This document shows positions 57,521 through 64,000 of a stretch of 64,000 bases of DNA, piece after piece; the first letter of the stretch is position 1; the number at the start of each line of letters is the position of its first letter. Below the pieces are notes generated by a model that saw only the letters and a program-made list of their open reading frames with translations, did no database searches and was not told where the DNA came from. Source of the DNA: Paraspadella gotoi (Eukaryota > Animalia > Chaetognatha); the NCBI GenBank assembly GCA_051294375.1, contig JBJCIZ010000744.1, positions 1,230,262-1,294,261 of the forward strand. Reading direction: 5' to 3'. The position numbers were made by a program, and so were the translations under genes.

Positions 57521-57735
57521 TATGAAATTGGTACAACCAATATAAAAATTATCCGTTCATTTAATAAATAAGCTATCTTGACCCTGACTTTGGACAGGCT
57601 TTGGTGGTTTAAGGCCTCCATCATTCTTACAAGATAATGACGTTGCAGGTCCCTGCAAGCTTTCAATCAAGACTCTCTCACAGTCTCGTTTATTCACATC
57701 CAGAGTAGCTGGCTTCCCAATCAATGAAGAGGTAT
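57521..57735 (-). mobile_element. Family B copy with near-intact twister-like core (57574-57636)
   Basis: Reverse complement of 46945-47156 with few substitutions. Confidence 0.85.
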
Positions 57736-58017
57736 GTATTACTCCAAACGAGAGTAATTATCGTAGTTACTACTAGTTATTTGGTAATTAAATTTGATTA
57801 AATCATAATGAGAATGATCGCAAATCTTTTTAAAGTTTAGTTCGAGAGATCAAATTGGACAAGTTTTTTTTTTCTCCCACGAAGCTTTCCGTCAGCCATC
57901 CCATTTCCTGGTCTCTTCTTCGGCAGAGCGTCGAAACTTTTAATTTTTGTACTTAGTAATAAGAAAATAAATATAGATTTTATTGATTAATGACTAGATT
58001 ACATAAAATAAACACAC

Positions 58018-58916
58018 TCATTTCCCAGTTCGTTTAAATTCGTCCATTTCGTTTCTCAAATGTTTTTTTAAATTGGAGACGAAACTTTGATCTCTGTAGT
58101 CGGTTGGAGGATGAGAGTTGGGAGAACGCGGAGGGCCGAGCATTCTGCCAGTCAAGGATTTTAATGATCCTGTGTTGGGGAGGAGAAAAAACGGAACCGT
58201 CATCGTTGTACGGGCGAGTCGCCTACGATACTTTTAGGTCTGTCTGGCCGATAATTTTAAGGAAATTATATAAAATACATATTTTATATATATATATATA
58301 AGTGAGACGATAAGACAAGAACGGTAATTCCAATGAGTTGCGCCGCAGTAACTTTATTTTCACGTATATTTTCAAAATGCACTGCATCAAAATTTCGTCT
58401 TTTATTCTAGACATCGTGAATTTCCTCTCGTTTCGTTGTGTTTTGGATTAAAAGAAGATGTTTGAAATTGTTTTCAACAACTACAATAAAATCGTTGTTG
58501 AAAATAATTTAAAACATCTTCTATTAGTCTTTTATTCTTTATAGTTTTAGAAATTCCTGAAGGCGGCGCTAGCAGTCTTTTAGATTTGAGTTTTTTTTTT
58601 CCTGTCTTAACAAATGATCAAACAACTATAAGCAAATTATATATATTTTTTAACGTAAGTAGGAAAGACTGACAGACAGACCAACAGAACGACCTAAAAG
58701 TGACTTATAGATTTGCTCCGCGAGTACTCGCGGCGCAACTAAAGTTTGTTCGAATCCATAATTTTCACGTCGTTTAAAAATACCTGTGGCTCTGAAATAT
58801 CCGTGCGCGACGATCTGCGCCGCTCTACGGATAGGATAAGAGTTGGACAGTTGGTCCGCGAGTCTGTGGTAGTTTTTCGCCAATAGGAGAGAGAGCACCG
58901 AGCGGAGCGGAGACAT
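58018..58916 (-). CDS. NCBP2AS2: NCBP2AS2 (HIAR) family small protein
   Basis: Exon 58916-58784 encodes MSPLRSVLSLLLAKNYHRLADQLSNSYPIRRAAQ, with the family motif LS.S.PIRRAAQ. It joins in phase 1 to exon 58169-58018. Confidence 0.82.
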
Positions 58917-59736
58917 TGGTTTCGAGGGGGGCGGGGGGGGGGGCTTATCACAGATTAGTTATTCATCAAAACTAAAATATAGAGAACAAAATAATCAACA
59001 GGTTGATTTTTTTTTAACAGACCATTTAGGTTTTAAAAATAAAAACGTGAACAATTTCCAAGGTAAAAATAAAGAAAAGATTTTGATGAAGATCTTATTA
59101 TACTTATTGGTTAGGCAGCGGGGAAGCGCGCGACAGAAAGAGAGAGAGAGAGAATTTAATGTTGAATTTGTATTTATTTAATGGCACAAAATAAAACAAT
59201 GGGACATAAAAAGCTACTTCAATACATTCATCATGAAATCTTTCCAATAAACAGAGAGAGAGACAGAAGCAAATTAAATACAATATTATATTGTACAATC
59301 CCAAAAAAAATTTCCCGAATTAACGATCGAATTCGCGAAAAAAAAAAAAAAAAAACAGATCCAGAAAGATTTATAAATATTTGTAGCGAATATGAACAGA
59401 TCTGATCAACATATCACAGTTTGAGCGAGTCTTCCCTATCGAATGAAGAACGAAAAAAAAAAAGTCGGATCTTATTCTCCACGACAAAAAGTATCACCCT
59501 TCACCCGCTACTGCGTAATTCCCTAATAAAAACCTCCAAGCTATCAAGATAACTACGCAAAAGATATAAAGAAAGTCTCACTGTTGATTGTCAGACACGG
59601 TTATAGGTGGGAAACACCCCTCCCACTCCGAGGTCACGAATGCCTTTGGCTTTGGGATGCCCTACGCAACCGGTCACTGATGGGAATGAGTAGAACCCCT
59701 CTCCAGGTTCGTAAAACCAGCTGTGCAGTTGAACCG

Positions 59737-62700
59737 TCACTCCCAACACCTCCGAATCAAGCGCCGGACCAAACTCCTTCCCCAGTCCCTCAGCGGAACC
59801 AAGAAGCGTCGCGTGTCCAGAGCGAAAAGAGCGAAGATGAAGAATCCTTGTCCGTAGTTGAAGATGTAGTCGAGAAACTCGAGGAGGGTGAAGGAGCTCG
59901 TCAACTTGCGCCGCTTGGACTCGGGACCGTTGGTGAGTTCGATGTCGAGTCGCCAGACGCAGAGGAAGGCGCCGACGACGATGCCGACGAGGGTGAGGAA
60001 GAGGAGGATCACGTGACGGGTGAGTTGAGGGGAGGGGTAGTCGGAGGAGGAGGAGCGAGGGGTGAGGTCGGAGGGAGAGGGAGTGAGGGTTGGGGAGGAG
60101 GAGGGGTCTTCGGTGGATTCTGAGAGAAGGAGATGTTATTATATTATATATATTATTAAACTAATATAGGGGAAAGATAGCTTATTTATTAAATTATTGA
60201 ATAAGTTTTATATTGGTTTGTTCCAATTTCATATTATTATTAGTATTACCAAAATAATTTTAATTGACCACATTCTTTGCACATTCGATTCACACGTTTG
60301 AAAAATTACCAAAAAATTATAAATCCCAACTATTTTGATTAATCTTTCATAAACCTAAATAACTTACAGGCAAGATCAGCCTACAATAATAAACATGACA
60401 AAGTAATCAAAACAAACCGAACCGAATTCAAGGGGAAACCGGAAATCGGCCGACACTGATTGGTCGACAATGTAATCGACTACAACTTACCGGCTTCGCT
60501 TCCGTCTCTTTCCTCCTCTTCCTCCTCTTCCTCCTCCCTAGGAAGAGCGACGTATCCTCCATTTTCTCCCCCTCCTCTCTCTTTAATGATCACCCTCATC
60601 AACAAGACCAACGCCGCCAGAATCGTGGCCCCCGTCAGCATCAAGACCACCAACGACGCCACCGTCTGTCCGATGCCGAAACGAAAGGCCAACGTCGGCG
60701 CTATCATCGCCTCTCGCCGGAAGTGGACCACGAGTACGGCGCCGACGATGCAGAGGACGTAACCGACGCAGGCCGACAAAGCCAGAGCCTTGCGTCCCGG
60801 TCTTTCGTAGGCCGACAAACAAAGAGCGACGGCCAAAAAAGCCGCGCTGGCTCGAGAGCAAAAAGTTCCTCCGAGGATCATGTAGGAGACGATTCCGCCG
60901 ACCCACCCGCGTTTGTCGGTCACGTGGGGAAAGACGACGACGCCGACGCAGGTCTTGAGCACCGACAGCGTCAGCAGCAGCGTCAGAGCGTGCGGCAGCC
61001 GGCGGAACTCGCGCGTGGCGAGTAAGTAAGCGACGGTGAGGAGGCAGAGGACGATGGAGAGGTAGGAGATGTCGACCCCCGTCGTCTGGAGCATCCGGTT
61101 GAACTCGACGAATCGGGAAAGGCTCGTCGAGAGTGTCGCCATGGAGGCGGAGACGAACATGAGGGGAGCGGAGAGGAAGGTGCAGAGGACGAGGCCGGAG
61201 GCGAACACCTTGGTGGGGGGAAGGAGAGGGGGGGTGGAGGGTTTCGATGAAATTTGTTTTTTTTTTTGGTCTCATTGTGGACATTTTTATGAGACAACTT
61301 AGTGTCAAGAATAGCTGACTAGTGACTAGTTCCTTTTTTCCTCTTTTTTCTTTATCTCTCTCTCAACCCCCCCCCCCACCCTCTCAAACCTGCGGCGCGC
61401 ACTGATACTGATTCGCTATCACGAAAACCGTCGGCGCCGTAGGGAATGTCCCGTACAAAAATGCGAACATGGCCAAGTCTTGAGTGTCGTTGGCGGCGAT
61501 CAAAGACGCCGCTCGATGATTAACCTTTAGGGCAAAGTGAAAGTTTGGAATCGAAATTTAGACTTGGGATTTAAAAAAAAAATCTTCTATAAGTTAATAC
61601 TAATCTGTATATAATAGATATAATAGATAATATATTTTTCTTTTTTCTTACGAATGTAGCATCCCAGTAAGTTTATTTTGTAGCCATAAATAGGTTATAT
61701 AAAATTAAAAATCTGCTTTATATTTATAAATAAAAGTTTTTTGACATTTTTGACCAATTTAATGAAATATTTTTTAAAAATTGCTAAAAAGCCGTAGATT
61801 TTTGCCTATTTTTGTATTAGTCTACAAGACCATGTTGTCTGTATTCATTTTTAAAAATTTACATATCGTCTTTATAAATGCAGTGTCTTTTACATTTTTG
61901 ACCGACTTAATAAAACATTCTTTTTTAAATTTAAAAAAAAAACCCCCGCTATAAAATTTTAGCCTCGTGGCCTTTAATTTCACGTTCCATAAGCTAAAAT
62001 TTATTAATTTAATCAATGTCACACATCTTTTTCCATTCACCATCGGCGTCACGATCAATTTGACGAAGATGAGAAACGAAGGAAGAAGAAGATTGGCGAA
62101 AGTAAAAGAGGCGCGAATTTGACCCGCGATGGAAACGCCGAGAAGAAAGAGCGCCGCGCCGGGGTAGGCGTCGCCGAGAGTCTCGAGGACGAAGGTGACG
62201 AAGAGGGGCACGCGTCCGCTGAAGGAAGCGTTGCCCACGATGCCCAAGAGAGTCATGAAGACGATCGGGTTGGAGAAGACGCCGACGATAACTCGCGAGA
62301 TGGCGCGACAGGCGGAGAAGCGGCGCGGCGGAGCAGCGTCGGCGCCGGAGGTCGCGTCGTCCGGCGGCGTCGGCGTCGAGCGACGCTTGTCCCATTCGAG
62401 GAGGAAAAACGCCAATGGATTGAGAACGACGAGGGAGATTGGCGCCAAGAGGTAGACGTACTTGACGAGATCCTCGCGCTGCACGAAGACGGCTCGGAGG
62501 ATCGGCAGACCCAGAGCGAAGTCATTGGACTGCGTGGCGAAGACGGCGGCGAGGCCGGCGAGCGACGCGGCGGCGGAGACGCGGCGCAGGTGGACGAGCA
62601 GCGTGAGGATCAGCGTCGCCAGGAAGATGGCGGATTTGGAGAAGAGGACGGCGCCGAGGAATCGCCAATCGACGGAGCCGAAATCCAGGCGACACATTTC

Positions 62701-62925
62701 TCTGAAGAGCAGCGCGGGAAGGGCGAAGGTGCCGACGAAGCGGCCGAGACCCGCGGCGCCGTCTCGGGTGACGAGGCGCCATTTTCCGGCGCAGTAGCCG
62801 AGGAAGATGACGAGGAAACATTGGACGAGGGCGCGGAAGAGGGAGGAAGAGGAGGTGGGAGGTGGGGAAGTCATGTTCGGGTCCCGGAGGGGGTTGGGGG
62901 GTTGGAGGTTATGTTCGGTGGACAT
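59737..62925 (-). CDS. GPR155: GPR155/LYCHOS-like membrane protein (PIN-like transporter domain plus 7-TM domain)
   Basis: ALVQCFLVIFLGY, FVGTFALPALLF, FATQSNDFALGLPI, YVYLLAPISLVVLNP, NPIVFMT, LYGTFPTAPTVFV, CTFLSAPLMFVSA, QLTRHV, FNYGQGF. Exons ~62925-62040, ~61525-61390, 61208-60491 and 60119-59737. Confidence 0.92.
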
Positions 62926-63124
62926 CCGACCTCATTTTTTGTATTTCTAGTTTCTACCTGGAAAAAAGAAAGAAAAAAATAAAGAAAAAAATAAAGAAAA
63001 AGAAAGAAAATAAAAAGAAAATAAAAAGAAAATAAAAAGAAAGAAAAAAATAAAGAAAACGCGAGATGGGATTGAAGTGATGTAATTAAATCGCGGGTGA
63101 TATCATTTAAGCAGACGGGGATTT

Positions 63125-63167
63125 CAATTCTTTGGATGCGTGGGTTCGAATCCCACAACTGCCACCG
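63125..63167 (+). pseudogene. Degenerate tRNA-Leu 3' fragment with CCA-like (CCG) end
   Basis: GCGTGGGTTCGAATCCCACAACTGCCA-CCG followed by CATTTAAG, the same junction as in the 40.4 kb copy. Confidence 0.7.
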
Positions 63168-64000
63168 CATTTAAGTAAGAAGACGGGGATTTCAGGATGA
63201 AACCAAAGTGGAATTTTGTTATCACAAAATAGACAAGAGAAGACTGTGTCAATTTTCGGATAAAGTGAATCAAAGCAGAAACAGAAGCTATTTATAAAGG
63301 GCAAGTGGACGAAGCCAGTTTTCTCGTTCTGGAACCTTCTTTTCCTCTTCCGTCAAGTAATGTTCCTCTTTCTGACTTGGCTTTCAAAATCCCGTTCGAA
63401 ATCATTCTAGAATTCTCTTCCTTAATAATATATAAGTAAAAATAAGTATACAAGTAATCTTCAATTTTTCATATATGACACAATGAAAAATTAACGTGGA
63501 CGAAACGTTCTCGTGCTGATTTTGTCCCGTTAAAATTGTTTCTGAGCCAAAAAATTATGATCATTACTTTTGGTAATAATGTGCGATATACACTACTAGA
63601 CATTACTGTATCTGAACCATAACCCTTGACCATCAACAAAAAAGCTAACTTGATCAAAAATAGTAAAAAAGATAAGCAATATAGCTCGAAACGCTTACAA
63701 AAAATTTAGACCATTGCTTTTATAAATGCAAAAAAAATATTAATATTATTAAAACAAACTTTAACAATAAACTAAATTTACCGAGACCAAGATGAATATT
63801 TTTTACCCATCATTTCCTCAATTTATATGAATCATTTGTTTGTAATTAGTCAATTAATCTAAATAACAATATGACAAATTCATTTAATTTTCTTTATGAA
63901 TGGGAAGTTTTCTCTGCTACTCCCTTGTGTCTAATTATTTATTTTTAAAGGTATTTTCAAAAAACCTTATTAATTACTATATTTTTCACTTTTTTTCAAT

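Noticed and set aside
58451-58522. Imperfect AT-rich hairpin in the NCBP2AS2 intron as a miRNA or structured RNA
   Set aside because: It contains the same AATAAAATCGTTGTTG tail as the hammerhead-bearing repeats, so it is more simply a fold-back remnant of that element.

Overview
Eukaryotic (very probably invertebrate animal) genomic DNA with GC/CpG-rich exons in very AT-rich, microsatellite-laden introns, three N gaps and indel noise. Nine intron-containing genes lie on the minus strand, mostly 0.1-1.5 kb apart. From right to left they are GPR155/LYCHOS-like (no DEP domain seen), NCBP2AS2, a tandem-fused double SAT2-like acetyltransferase, CCDC138, NIPSNAP, MSH3, IVNS1ABP, a copine and DDX10. 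A tenth, a STAND/NB-ARC NTPase, has its 3' end unresolved at the left edge. The non-coding DNA holds a noisy Ty3/gypsy LTR element, Penelope-type minimal hammerhead ribozymes, a DINE/HINE-like element and tRNA-Leu 3' halves with CCA joined to LTR-like promoters. The most striking signal is that several dispersed repeat families, unrelated in sequence, each carry a circularly permuted (P5-type) twister-ribozyme-like core with compensatory base changes and a palindromic P1 linker. All assignments come from reading the sequence by eye. No searches or folding programs were run.
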